A stretch of 64,000 nt of DNA from Squalus acanthias (taxonomy: Eukaryota): contig CM059433.1 of assembly GCA_030390025.1 (NCBI GenBank), forward strand, positions 13,518,001 through 13,582,000. Reading direction: 5' to 3'. Position 1 is the first letter of the stretch, and every line of letters starts with the position of its first letter. Below, in pieces: positions 25,100-37,988 of the stretch. The notes under the pieces were generated by a model. It was given only the letters and a program-made list of their open reading frames with translations. It was not told where the DNA came from and did not search any database. The position numbers were made by a program, and so were the translations under genes.

Positions 25100-25428
25100 A
25101 ATTCCGTTTATGAGATGTGGGCGTCGCTGGCAAGGCCAGCATTTATTGCCCATCCCTAATTGCCCTTGAGAAGGTGGTGGTGAGCCTTCTTCTTGAACTG
25201 CTGCAGTCCGTGTGGTGAAGGTTCTCCCACAGTGCTGTTAGGGAGGGAGTTCCAGGATTTTGACCCAGCAACGATGAAGGAACGGCCGATATATTTCCAA
25301 GTCAGGATGGTGTGTGACATGGAGGGGAACTTGGAGGTGGTGGTGTTCCCATGCGCCTGCTGCCCTTGTCCTTCTAGGTGGAAGAGGTCGCAGGTTTGGG
25401 AGGTGCTGCCGAAGAAGCCTTGGCGAGT
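25100..25428 (-). mobile_element. 3' fragment of a CR1/L2-group LINE (same family as 29485-31160)
   Basis: Highly similar to 29485-29800 and 41397-41725. Confidence 0.82.
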
Positions 25429-26372
25429 TAATTGAGTCCTCAGTTTGGAAAGATATTTTGAGTAAACTTATTTCAGTGCATTGTACGGAGAGCTGAGGTT
25501 CTACATCCACGGTGATTATACATTTGTATCTTTGCTTTAGGTTAGCATAATGCACCTGAGGAATGTAGGATGAGAAGACATTTAAAGATGGTACATTAAA
25601 AAAAAGGTGCAAAACCCCAGGGAAACTAGTAAGAATGAGTCAACCTCAATCAAGTGTACCTGTGAGTACAAAGAACATAAAAGACCAAAAATAATCCGGT
25701 TAGAGTCAAAGAAATTCTACTACCTGACTTTAGTGCTCTGATTCGTCCGGGAGATCTCTCTCCACTGAGTACTCTGAAGCAGAGGAACACACATCCTCCA
25801 GGGTTCCTGTTGGAAAGAAAGAAATAAAATTAAATGATTATGGTGAAAGGAGAGGGCCAATTCACTCTTCAGTATTAAATGATGGGACAGCTTGTTTTTA
25901 GGACATAATTTGTTTGGAGCTGTTTGCTTGCAGGCTTAAAGGAAAACCTGAGGCTTTTAAGGGAACTCGGGACCCAGTCATTTGCTGTCTTGTAAGATAA
26001 GAATCTGCCTTGTTCACCTGCAGACGATGTGACAGGTTGAACGTGTACACTCACTGTTACTGTGAATTCAGTGTAGAAATGGACTCAATTTTAGAACTAG
26101 GATTTAAATAGGACTGGGGGAGAAACCGTTCCTATTACAAGATCACTGTCTTCCGGCTTTAATTCTTTATTTCGGCAGACATTTTCTAACTTGTTAATTC
26201 TACCTCTGAGCCAGCTGTTCATCAGATCAATAACCGCACTAACTCCGCGTGCTGCACCTGAACTATCAGAAACAGAGCGAGTCATTTTCACCTTCGCTGC
26301 CTGGGCGATAATCTGATGGCGTCGATCACACGGCCATAACCAATTGTGCGCAGACCAAGAGGCTCGAGGCTC

Positions 26373-26915
26373 AGCCGGAATTCAGCCTTGGGCCTCTTTT
26401 CAATAATTGGAGTGAGCTGTCGGCGCCCGTTGCCCCGTTGCCAACGAATCGATTTTGGTCCGCTTGTCTAAGCTGGAGTGGGGCGGGGAGGACAACAGAA
26501 AGGGGTGCCGATCGTGGGCCCGCAGATGATCTCGGGAGGGCTGTAAAAGCAGCAGGAGCTTTCCTGCCGGCTTCACTGTTAAAAAACATTTACTTACCTT
26601 TTTTTGGTGGTGGCCGCTTGCTAGGCCGCATCCACGGCAAGAAAACCGGAGCAGAGCAGCGCCGACGCCTGCTTCGCTCAGTGCAGCCCAATTTCCCAGG
26701 GGGGGGTCCTAAATAGGTGGTAGGCCCGTATTAGCATATGGAAAGGGCCTATTTTAGGTGGCCACCCTGGATGCCTGAAAAACGGCCTGACCCAATATTG
26801 GGTCGGACACCTTTCAGGCGTCCTTGAGGTGCAGTGTGTTGGTTCCCGAAATTGGCCTTCATTGCACCTCTTTTATGCCTGTAAAATGGGTGCAACAAGG
26901 TCCAATTTATATCCC
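26373..26915. mobile_element. Probable Harbinger MITE (degenerate termini)
   Basis: GC-rich, with agccggaatt...aatttatatccc ends resembling the other MITEs. Confidence 0.45.
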
Positions 26916-26967
26916 AAAAGGTCAGGTGTGGAATTCTACCAGGTGTGCAGCTACCCAATATATGTAC

Positions 26968-27196
26968 TGACATGAATCTTGTCACTCATGTGGAAATGAC
27001 TTATGAAATAATACTGGGCGGCCTGCTGGTGGCGCTGTCCAGGGAGAGTATAAATACTCGGGCATGGGCCCAGCTTGCTCAGGACATTCCTCAACAGGAA
27101 CTAGTGAAGGACACAACTAGACCTCCATGTTGAAAAACAGTTGATTAAAGCTTTGTTTAACGCTTAGACCAAGTGCCCAGTAGTTTTCTTACGTCA
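26968..27196 (+). mobile_element. Solo LTR, 229-bp family copy 3
   Basis: TGAC...GTCA termini, TSD TGTAC. Confidence 0.9.
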
Positions 27197-27998
27197 TGTA
27201 CTATGGACAACAGGTGAATAAAAGAAATACAAATACTTGTTTAAATGAACTAACTTTGACAATGCCGCTTATGATCATTCCAGGTTTACTGGAGATATGA
27301 AGAAGCCTATGATTGACAGGCCACTCCACATTCAGCATAACAACATTAAAATAAGACATTTCCACTGTTTGTATCACCATGGAGGATCACAGTGAATGAA
27401 ATTTCACATACACAGTGGAAGATTTCATCTCTCTACTAAATGTTTGACATCAAAACTGGAATAACCTTTCTCTGCTTCGTATTACTGCTTCATAGTTTTT
27501 TTTTTTGCAAAGCTACATTGCTTGAGAAATTACAATACTTCGTCCTTAACTTGAGATTTTTGATTAAGACCGGAAAAGATTCCCTGCACTGGCCTGAGCC
27601 CTTGATATGCATACGCTCACTTATCTGTCTGTAATTGACACTGATTGGAGTTTTAATATCCCATTTACATGGGCAAAATTTGACAAACTGTTTGCCCATC
27701 TATTGAATTTGAGATGCTTAGGAGCAGTTAATAATGCATTATTAAGCTCAGATATTTATGAATCATGATTCTGTGGGTGGAGGTTAAGTACACAGGCTGT
27801 GTGTGCGTCTGACACACAACTGGAAAGTCAATTCGGAGTCACTGAGCAAAATTCTGTTCCTCAGCCAAAGAAAATACACCAGCAGCCCTACCACAATAAA
27901 CCAGAATGTTAGACATCCCGCATTTTAAACCAGGACCGTGCTCCAAAATTCTGTCTTCATTAACAGCAACAAGTTGACTCGATTTCTGGAGGAGGACT

Positions 27999-28145
27999 AG
28001 CATAGAAGCTTAGAAGATAGGAGCAGGAGCAGGCCATTCGGCCCCTCGAGCCTGCTCCGCCATTTAATGAGATCATGGCTGATCACCCAAATTCAGTACC
28101 CTGTCCCTGCTTTCTCCCCATATCCCTTGATCCCTTTAGCCTTAA
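27999..28145 (-). mobile_element. CR1 (or CR1-dependent SINE) 3' tail fragment
   Basis: gataggagcaggagcaggccattcggcccctcgagcctgctccgcc stem-loop tail; similar to the reverse complement of 53820-53940. Confidence 0.8.
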
Positions 28146-28397
28146 GCTTAAGGACTAGTTGGCTGACGCACGTGAGACCGGCCCAGCATCATAAAGGCCC
28201 GGCCAGCAAGCTCGGCTTGTGAGATTCGTAAAAGGGCTCTTGTGGTGCCAAGATCTGATGAGAATAAAAATAAATGGCTAACGGCAGCCGCAACATTATG
28301 TGTGTTTACTACAGTGTCACAAGATTTTTGTATACCGAAGGTGGGTTGGCATCTTGGTTAATTTAATCATTAGCTCCGTCCTGTGGAAATATACGTA

Positions 28398-29415
28398 GGG
28401 CCTGATTTTAACTCCGCCCGCCTGGCTGATCCTGCAGCCTTCGCGCTGTCATGTCATCGGCAGCCGACCTGAAATTTTAGTTGGAGGCCTGAGCAGTGAC
28501 GACATCCCCGTCAGGACATACCCACCGGGAGGTGGATCCTGGGCCAGAAGAGGCCCCACCCAGCAGATAAGCAATTCAATTTAACTTTAGGTTAGTTGTG
28601 GGCCATGAGAAGCCGGTGTAAGAAATCATAAATTGGAAGAAATAACTTGAGACAAAATAGTCTCTTCGGACTGGTCCTAGAATAACTGGATAGACGCTTA
28701 GAATTTGCTTATGGTCTTGATTCTCTGCGGATGTTCCAACATTCTGCACCGTGGTGGTGACCTTATTTCCAGACTTGCTGTCTGCTGTTTGTGTGCTCGA
28801 AAGGCTGTTGACTGTATCTTTGATAATCTACCCTAGGCCCACCCTTAAAAAGAGAGTAAAAGAGATATCGAAAGAGCTTTTAGCACAGACGGTGAAGGGA
28901 AGGGAAGAGTTGTTCACGCACGCCATCCGTCTGTCTGATCGGGACCGATACCAGCTGCTTGTCACGGTCGTGTGTCTACTATGTCTAGCTTGATTGTGTG
29001 TTGTACTTAACTTAAACTACCACTCCTTAATAAAAAGCCTTACAACTCCTAAGACCCGTTGGGTAATCTGTGTGTGACCTGTGATCCAAATCTTACACAG
29101 GAGTGCTCCTCCGGACCTCACCAGGAAGCCTTGGGCCTCCCGTGCCTCAGATCCCCTCCCCCTGATCCCATCCAGAGCTCCCTACCACCGCCGCCCCCCC
29201 CCCACCCGCCCCCACCACCTGGGTTCCTGGCTGTAGCGTCCTGCTGCCGAATATCGGCTTCTGCCCAAACCCGGCCAGATCCACTACCTCAGTGAGAACA
29301 TTTATAGTAACGAGGCCCGGCCATTAAGGTCCATGTCCCTGGACTGCCCGGGTTCGCCACCCGATTCGGGACTCGCATGCTCTGTACTCGCTCCCCATCC
29401 TTTAAAATCGGGGTC
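28398..29415. mobile_element. Harbinger MITE interrupted by a solo LTR
   Basis: GGGCCTGATTTTAA...TTAAAATCGGGGTC termini. Confidence 0.6.
28617..29097 (+). mobile_element. Solo LTR (481 bp, probably Gypsy/ERV)
   Basis: TGTAAGA...TCTTACA termini, AATAAA at about 29028, flanks CCGG/CAGG. Confidence 0.8.
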
Positions 29416-29484
29416 ATCGTTTCTTTGTGTAGGGGCTTGTTTATAGTGCATATACTGGAGTTTAAAAATAACTTTTTTTTAAAT

Positions 29485-31160
29485 ATTCGTTTATGGGATG
29501 TGGGCCTCACTGGCAAGGTCAGCATTTATTGCCCATCCCTAATTGCCCTTGAGAAGGTGGTGGTGAGCCGCCCTCTTGAACCGCTGCAGTCTGTGTGGTG
29601 AAGGTGCTCCCACAGTGCTGTTAGGTAGGGAGTTCGATGATTTTGACCCAGCGACGATGAAGGATCGGCGATATATGTCCAAGTCAGGATGGTGTGTGAC
29701 TTGGAGGGGAACTTGGTGTTCCCATGCGCCTGCTGCCCTTGTCCTTCTAGGTGGAAGAGGTCATGGGTTTGGGAGGTGCTGCTGAAGAAGCCTTGGCGAG
29801 TTGCTGCAGTGCATCTTGTAGATGGTACACACTGCAGCCACGGTGCGCCAGTGGTGGAGGGAGTGAATGTTTAAGGTGGTGGATGGGGTGCCAATCAAGC
29901 GGGCTGCTTTGTCTTGGATGGTGTCGAGCTTCTTGAGTGTTGTTGGAGCTGCACTCATCCAGGAAAGCGGAGAGTATTCCATCAAACTCCTTACTTGTGC
30001 CTTGTAGATGGTGGAAAGGCTTTGGGGAGTCAGGAGGTGAGACACTTGCTGAAGAATACCTAGCCCCTGACCTGCTCGTGTTGCCACAGCATTTATGTGG
30101 TTGGTCCAGTTAAGTTTCTGGTCAATGGTGACCCCCAGGATGTTGATGGTGGGGAATTCGGTGATGGTAATGCCGTTGAATGTCAAGGGGAGGTGGTTAG
30201 ACTCTCACTTGTTAGAGATCGTCATTGCCTGGCACTTCTGTGGCGCGAATGTTACCTGCCACCTATCAGCCCAAGCCTGAACGTCGTCCAGGTCTTGTTG
30301 AATGCGGGCATGGGCTGCTTCATTATCTGAGGAGTTGTGAATGGTGCTGAACACTGTGCAGTCATCAGCGAACATCCCCATTTCTGACCTTATGTTGGAG
30401 GGAAGGTCATTGATGAAGCAGCTGAAGATGGTTGGGCCTAGAACACTGCCCTGAGGAACTCCTGCAGTGATGTCCTGGGGCTGTGATGATTGACCTTCAA
30501 CCACCACAACCATCTTTCTTTGTGCTAGGTATGACTCCAGCCACTGGAGAGTTTCCCCCCCGATTCCCTTCAACTTCAGTTTTACTAGAGCTCCTTGATG
30601 CCACACTCGGTCAAATGCTGAATTGATGTCAAGGGCAGTCACTCTCACCTCACCTCTGGAATTCAGTTCCTTTGTCTATGTTTGGACCAAGGCTGTAATG
30701 AGGTCTGGAGCTGAGTGGTCCTGGAGGAACCGAAACTGGGCATCAATGATCAGGTTATTGGTGAGTAAGTGCCGCTTGATAGCACTGTTGATGACACCTT
30801 GCATCACTTTGCTGATGATTGAGAGTAGACTGATGGGGCGGTAATTGGCTGGATTGGATTTGTCCTGCCTTTTTTTGGACAGCACATACCTGGGCAGTTT
30901 TCCACATTGTCAGATAGATGCCAGTGTTGTAGCTGTACTGGAACAGTTTGGCTAGAGGCGCGGCTAGTTCTGGAGCACAAGTCTTCACACGATAGCCGGG
31001 ATGTTGTCGGGGCCCACAGCCTTTTCTGTATCCAGTGTGCTCAGCCGTTTCTTGCTAGCACGTGGAGTGAATTGAATTGGCTGAAGACTGGCTTCTGTGA
31101 TGGTGTGGACCTCAGGAGGAGGCCGATACAGATCATCCACTCGGCACTTCTGGCTGAAGA
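29485..31160 (-). mobile_element. CR1/L2-group LINE, RT and 3' region (about 1.7 kb), degenerate
   Basis: NYRPISLLSIISKVM, ALDINSAFDRVWH, GVPQGSVLGPTIF, MFADDCTV and YKAQVRSLMEYSPL. Confidence 0.88.
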
Positions 31161-31725
31161 TAGAATCACATATATAATCACTATGTTACTAGGTTAATTC
31201 TACAAAGCAGTGCAAAGCCAGTATCCACATGCTCAAAAGAGCATCACAATTCTTCCCCAGCAAATCTTATTAGTGCGACTTGTTTTATGGCTGCGCTTAA
31301 ATGCAATAGACAGAAGATGCAGGTGACTGGGTCCAGCTGCAAAGTTAGATAACACACCAGGTGACGGTTTTATTGACATCGAACTTGGATAGGTTTAAAT
31401 GCCACTGTCTGTTCAGATTCAGTTCATGACCAGCTTGATAATCAATTTGATTTCGCTACAGCGATAATGAAAAAAATAAGCATATGTTCTGACATTCTGT
31501 GGAATTAGGAAGTGGTTGCTTTTCAAATGTGATAAAAATATCTATAGGGACTGCTTAGTGGAGCAAGTGTTTGGAGTGCATATCGAGAACTTGCACATCC
31601 CCAGCCCATGGGGTTCCAACCATTAAAATTAATGGACAGAAAATCACAGGGTGGGGGAGAGGGGGAGACGCAATTTCCCAACGTGTGCCCTTGGCGCGGT
31701 TCAGGAGCGTCAAAATACACAATCC

Positions 31726-32015
31726 CCGTCTGCGCTCTCAGGTGGATGTAAATGATCCCAAGGCACTATTTCGACGAAGAGCAGGGGAGTTCTCCCCGGT
31801 GTCCTGGCCAATATTTATCCCTCAATCAACATAGCAAAAACAGATTATCTGGTCATTATCACATTGCTGTTTGTGGGAGCTTGCTGTGCGCAAATTGGCT
31901 GCCGCGTTTCCCACATTACAGCAGTGACTCCACTTCAAAAGTACTTCATTGGTTGTAAAGCGCTTTGAGACGTCCAGTGGTCATGAAAGGCGCTATAGAA
32001 ATGCAAGTCTTTTTT
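31726..32015 (+). mobile_element. 5'-truncated SacSINE1-like SINE
   Basis: Matches 1593-1730 plus 1965-2119, without the LTR. Confidence 0.85.
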
Positions 32016-32244
32016 TTTATGTTGCAATAAGGATATTTAACTGGTTCTACTTTCATTATTTTTTGAAGTATTGTACTCTCAGTATCTTGCCATGTCTCAC
32101 TGTTTTTCTGTATTATTCCATCTGTAAATAAGTCTATTAGTTTTAGCCTGTGCACATCAAAATTATGGTACGGTATTTTCTGCCTTATGAAGGGGACAAC
32201 GTGCTGAACAGCCCGTGTGATCTCTGGTGAACGTCGGTGCTTTA

Positions 32245-33435
32245 TTATCCGTGCTCATCCACCTTGACGTCTCTGTAGCCTTTGACACAATCGACCACAT
32301 CATCCTCATCCAATGCCCTCAATTGGTTCCACTCTTATCTATCCAATCGTAGTCACGGCATCTTCCGCAATGGCTTTTCGTCCCACCCCCTGCACCGTTA
32401 CCTCCGGTGTCTCCCAAGTATCTATCCTTGGCCCCCTCCTCTTCCTCATCTGCATGCTGCCCTTTGGCGACACCATCTGAAGATATAGGGTCAGCCTCCA
32501 CATGTATGTTGACGACACCCAGCTCTACCTCGCTGTCACCTTTCTTGACCTGTCCACTGCCCCGTGTTGTCAGACTGCTTGTTCGACATCCAGTCTCGGA
32601 TGAGGCACAATTTCCACTGGCTAAACATTGGGAAGATCGAATGCATCATCTTTGCCCCCCAACACAAACAGCCTTGCCGCTGATATCAATCTCTCTCCGC
32701 AGCCACTCTCCCAGGCTGAGCCAGATTGCTTGCAACCTTGCTATCTTATTCAACCTGAGCTGAGCTTCTGACTACATGTCCTCTCCATCACAAAGACCGT
32801 CTACTTCCACCTCTGTAACATCGCCCATCTCCGCCCCAGCCTCAGCCCATCTGAATCCCTCATCCATGCCTTTGTCACCTTTAGACTTGACTATTCCAAT
32901 TCTCTCATGGCTGACCTCCCATCATCCTCCAACCTCCATAAACCTCAGCTCAGTCAAAATTCTGTCGCCCTTTTCCTATTCCACAGCAAGTCCAACTCGC
33001 CCCTGTCCTTTCTGACCTACATTGGCTCCTGGACCTCAAGGCCTTAAACTTTAAATTCTCATCATTGTGTTTAAATCCCATCTTGGCCTTGCTCCCTCTC
33101 CATCTCTGTTATTGCCTCTAGCCCTATTAAACCCCCCTCCCTCATAACTCTCCGTTTCTCTGACTCTGACTTCCTCTGCTTCTCATACCTTCCTTCGCCC
33201 CACCATTGGTGGTCCTGCCTTCAGCCATCTAGGCCCCATGCTCTGGAATTTTCTCCCTAAACACCTCCACCTCTGCACTTCCCTCTCATCCTTTAAGCCC
33301 CTCCTTCAAACTGACATCTTTGATCAAATTTTTGGTCACCCCTTCTAATATTTCCTTCTTTGGCTCAGTGTCCATCTCTGAATTACCCTGGGTGGTTACT
33401 TGACATGAAAGGTTCTAGATAAATTGTTGTTGCTG
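32245..33435 (+). mobile_element. Older L2 LINE RT and 3' fragment
   Basis: LDVSVAFDTIDH and YVDDTQLY-like motifs; parallels 10190-10600 and 13980-14330. Confidence 0.82.
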
Positions 33436-34259
33436 CATTCAGTATGACATACACTTACAGACGTCTCCTCGTCACTGTGAAGTGCTTCAATAGGTTACCA
33501 TTAATGTCAGGATTATAAGGCTCTTCACAACCCCAGCATTCATCTGCATTCCTTCAGTTTACAGCCTTTCATGCTTGTAGCCTGTTGTTAAGAACTTCCT
33601 ATGGTACCTACTGGCTTGGTTCACACACCTTTCATCACCCCCATCATGGCCTGCCTGCTGACACTGGATGTGCTTGTATCTCATGGCAAATAGAGGGCTT
33701 TCTCATATTTTGCCGCCTTCTTGAAGGAGAAGACTGCCATAACACAAAAAGAGAAAATGGCCACAGGTGATGGACCCAACAAAGTAAATCTCTCCCTTCA
33801 TACTAAGAGGAGGATTTGGATCTCCTGGGGAGGCAGATAGCAGAGCTGGGGATAGTCCGAAGGCAGATAACAGCTGCAGGTTCATCGTGACGTTCTGCTT
33901 CTCTTCCTTCTCATCCTATTGTACTTTACATTACCTGACAACGAATATACTCCCTTGTCACATCTTTTACAAAACGTCAAATGTGAATTCTACTCCTCAA
34001 CAGCGTATTTCAACCCCTCTTCTTCTCTTTCTCCTATAGATGTGATACTCCAAGAAGAATCAGAGGAGGAAGATATAGCAGACCCACCTATTTCTGGCCA
34101 GCCAGCACATCATTGCATGTGCTGCCAACTACTCTCTCTCTCCCTGCCAAGTACCATCTACCTGATGAGAAGTAGAGAGTGAGCCAGAGCGGTGATGCAC
34201 ACAGAGCATGAGTGAGCAGAAGCATGTAGGGGTGAAAGGATGAGGAAGACCTTTCTGAC

Positions 34260-34460
34260 TCAAGGCAAATCGTGTTTAACTAACTTGAGCGAGTTTTTTG
34301 ATGAGGTAACAGAGAGGGTTGATGAGGGCAATGCGGTTGAAGTGGTGTACATGGACTTCCAAAAGGTGTTTGATAAATTGCAACATAATAGGCTTGCCAG
34401 CAAAGTTGAAGCCCATGGAATAAAAGGGACAGTGGCAGCATGGATACCAAATTGGCTGTT
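34260..34460 (+). mobile_element. CR1 RT fragment
   Basis: GKSCLTNLSEFFDEVT..VVYMDFQKVFDK. Confidence 0.85.
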
Positions 34461-35741
34461 TGGATAGTCAGCCAGTGACACGCTTATGTGGACCGGCCGT
34501 TAAAATTGGCTGGGCCTTCCCTGCTGCCACTTCCGGATGGGCCGGATGCTCGCTAGGCCGCGCTCCTGCCCCGGGAATTAAAATTGACCACCGTGTTTTT
34601 TCGGTAAGCCACCTGCTGCATGAAAGGCCTCATTAGTAGTTTAGGGCTTGGAATATTTCCCCTTATATCTTATTCATATGAAATGTTATAGTTTCCTACA
34701 TTGTGAATATAAAGTGAAACACTGTTAGCTGCCTTCTGATAAAATTAGTTTGTCTTTTTGAGAAGTGATAGAATACATCAATCTGTCTGGAGATAGCTGT
34801 AAGTTTGGGGGTAGGTCAGCTAACCAGTTCCTCACAGTGCTGTTGATTGCCTATTCTTACAAGGTTCTTTTGTTCTTGAGATGTTAATGCACACAACCTT
34901 ATTATATTTTATTGGTGTCAAGTTATTGCTTTGAGGACAGTCAAGCAATTTGATATGTAAATCAAGTTTTTGAAACAATGAAAGTAATTAAATGCTGGTA
35001 GTCTGGGACCACACTCTCTTCCAGAAAGGTAAAAATGTATTAATGAGATGTTTACACATCTAGTGTGCAAAGACTGTTTTAAACTAATTTAGTAGAATTG
35101 CTGTTGGGTTTCTCTATTCTGGAGCTCCCCTATTTGAAAGAAAGACTTGTAGTTATACAGCGCCTTTCATGGCCCCAGGATGTCCCAAAGTGCTTTACAG
35201 CCAATGAAATACTTTTGAACTGTAGACACTGTTGCAATGTAGGAATTTGACTTATGTGTTCTCATACTGTAGCTGTGAGATGAACTCCATGGAGCAATGT
35301 AGCGCCCTGTCATGTTCATCAAAGATTCTGAAAAAGACTCTAAGATTATGGACATTATTACTTTTGAGTTTAAAGTATTGTGGAAGAAATGTATTGTATT
35401 GCAGATTATCTGCTGTATTCCTTTTGCTTCTGTGTAACTATAAAATATTGTAAATAAATTCAACTGCCAATATTAGCCTGAATGATATGGTCTAATAGCG
35501 CGATGCTTTCAGTCTTTTGAAATAGACGGGAGTGCATAGTGGGAAGCTCATGCAAAATATCATGGCAAAATGATTATTTTAATCCTGGAGCCTGTAAGTT
35601 TTAGATCATGGGAGACATGGGTCTGCATATATATATAATGCACTTTACTGTGAATAAAAATAAAGAGAGTTGGGAGAGACCCCAAACTGTAACAAAGATA
35701 CTCTGACCATACCTTCCTCTTTCAATGTGCATAAACTGGAG

Positions 35742-35952
35742 CCATGATGTGGAGATGCCGGTGTTGGACTGGGGTGGACAAATGTGAGAAGTCGCACAAC
35801 ACCAGGTTATAGTCCAACAGTTTTATTTGAAATCACAAGCTTTCGGAGCGCTGCTCCTTCGTCAGGTGAAGTGAACGAAGGAGCAGCGCTCCGAAAGCTT
35901 GTGATTTCAAATAAAACTGTTGGACTATAACCTGGTGTTGTGCGACTTCTCA
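35742..35952. mobile_element. Penelope-like 3'-end fold-back insertion (family P2)
   Basis: 81-bp inverted arms (35782-35862 and 35875-35955); 12-bp TSD CATAAACTGGAG; matches 62846-62975. Confidence 0.88.
35833..35869 (-). ncRNA. Minimal hammerhead ribozyme motif (family P2)
   Basis: Reverse complement reads tcac-CTGACGA-a-ggagc-agc-gctcc-GAAAGCTT-gtga. Confidence 0.75.
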
Positions 35953-36682
35953 CATAAACTGGAGAGCAGCTCTCGATACATGAGCCACAAAATGTGCGTA
36001 GGTTCTTCTCTTGCAGTATTGAACTCACTCACAGAAGACATCATCAGCTTGCTGTCAATGTGTTACATAAGATCAATGGGCTTTGATAAATCACCTTTTG
36101 GAGTCTGTTTGAGTCTGTCGATCGACTCATTCTTTCCAATGGGATCAATAGGATCTCCTCCTACAAGCACTAATCTTCAAATGTTTAGCATCAGAGTCAA
36201 TGTGTGCTTTCATATACTTGGGTATTCATGACTTGCTGACGGCCCTTTCCCTGATACAACCTTGTTTACAGTTTTCTGATGTAGTTGTTTTGCTTGAAGA
36301 AATATGCCAGAGGCCAATGCCAATCATAATCTTTCCAATAGTATCTAAGAAGTTTATTAGCAGAGGGAATGAACCAGATGTAGGATGAGGTTCTAAAACT
36401 CTTGATGATTTTCTCAGTGCAGACCACAGCTAATCTACAAAGTATGGTCACATCTATTGGCTTGTCTTAATGCAATTGTTTAGAACCAACTTTCAGAGTA
36501 ATTTAGTTTGTCTGATTTTACTTACAGTTTCTTCTACATTAAACACAATACATAATTTAGTGCATTAATTATCCAAATACCACAACCTGTTTTATAAGCT
36601 ATTCCACTACATATAATGTATATAATCTGTGGCATTCCAAGATCTAAATTTTGTATCCCCTGTAAAATTTAATTAAGCAGAT

Positions 36683-37988
36683 CAACAACAACAACTTGTA
36701 TTTATATAGCACCTTTAATGTAGTAAAACTTCTCAAGGCTCTTCACAGGAGTGTTATAAAACAGAAATTTGACACCGAGCCACATAAGGATCAATTAGGG
36801 CAGGTGACTAAAAGCTTGGTCAAAGAGGTAGGTTTTAAGGAGTGTCCTACAGGAGGAAAGAGAGGTAGAGAGACGGAGAGGTTTAGGGAGGGAATTCCAG
36901 AGTTTGGGGCCTAGGCAGCTGATGGCACGGCCACCAATGGTTGAGCGATTATAATCAGGGATGCTCAAGAGGGCAGAATTAGAGGAGTGCAGATATCTCG
37001 GGGGGGTGGGGGGGGGCGGTTGTGGGGCTGGAGGAGATTACAGAGACAGGGAGGGGCGAGGCCATAGAGGGATTTGAAAACAAGGATGAAAATTTTGAAA
37101 TCGAGATGTTGCATAACCGGGAGCCAATGTAGGTCAGCGAGCACAGGGGTGATGGGCGAACGGGATTTGATGCGATTTAGGACACGGGCAGCCAAGTTTT
37201 GGGTCACCTCAAGTTTACGTAGGGTAGAATGTGGGAGGGCAGCCAGGAATGCATTGGAATAGTCACATCTAGAGTTAACAAAGGCATGGATGAGGGTTTC
37301 ATCAGCAGATAAGTTGAGGCAGGGGCGGAGAGGGGCCATGTTACGGAGGCAGAAATAGGCAGTCTTAGTTATGCCGGGGATATGTGGTCGGAAGCTTATT
37401 TCAGGGTCAAATATGACACCAATGATGCGAACAGCGTGGTTCAGCCTCAGACAGATGCTAGCGATTGGGATGGAGTCGGTGGCTAGGGAACGGTGATTGT
37501 GGTGGGGACCGAAGACAATGGCTTCTGTCTTCCTAATATTTAATTGGAGGAAATTTCTGCTCATCCAGTACTGGATGTCGGACAAGCAGTCTGACAATTT
37601 AGAGACCGTGGAGGGGTCGAGAGAAGTGGTGGTGAGGTCGAGCTGGGTGTCGTCAGCGTACTTGTGGAAACTGATGGCGTGTTTTCGGATGATGTCGCTG
37701 AGGGGCAGCATGTAGATGAGAAATAGGAGGGTGCCAAGGATAGATCCTTGGGGGACACGAGAGGTAACGATGCGGGAGCGGGAAGAGAAGCCGTTGCAGG
37801 TGACTCTCTGGCTACGATTTGATAGATAAGAATGGAACCAGGCGAGTGCAGTCCCACCCAGCTGAACGACGGTGGAGAGGCGTTGGAGGAGGATGGAGTG
37901 GTCAATCGTGTCAAAGGCTGCAGACAGGTCGAAAAGGACAAGGATGGATAGTTTACCTTTGTCACAGTCACATAGAATGTCATTTGTT
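36683..37988 (-). mobile_element. L2 LINE RT and 3' end
   Basis: ORF 36965-37711 with YADDTQL, LQLNIRKTE and LHWLPV; (CAA)n tail at 36683. Confidence 0.9.

Noticed and set aside
24275..27196. Full LTR retrotransposon bounded by the two same-strand 229-bp LTRs
   Set aside because: Each LTR has its own distinct TSD, and the 2.5 kb between them shows no gag/pol
33585..34230. Exon-like segment with an acidic patch (DVILQEESEEED)
   Set aside because: More likely a very old transposon accessory-gene remnant; no supported exon chain
35272..35330. Possible minus-strand micro-exon (IFDEHDRALHCSMEFISQL)
   Set aside because: Weak splice signals and no recognisable homology
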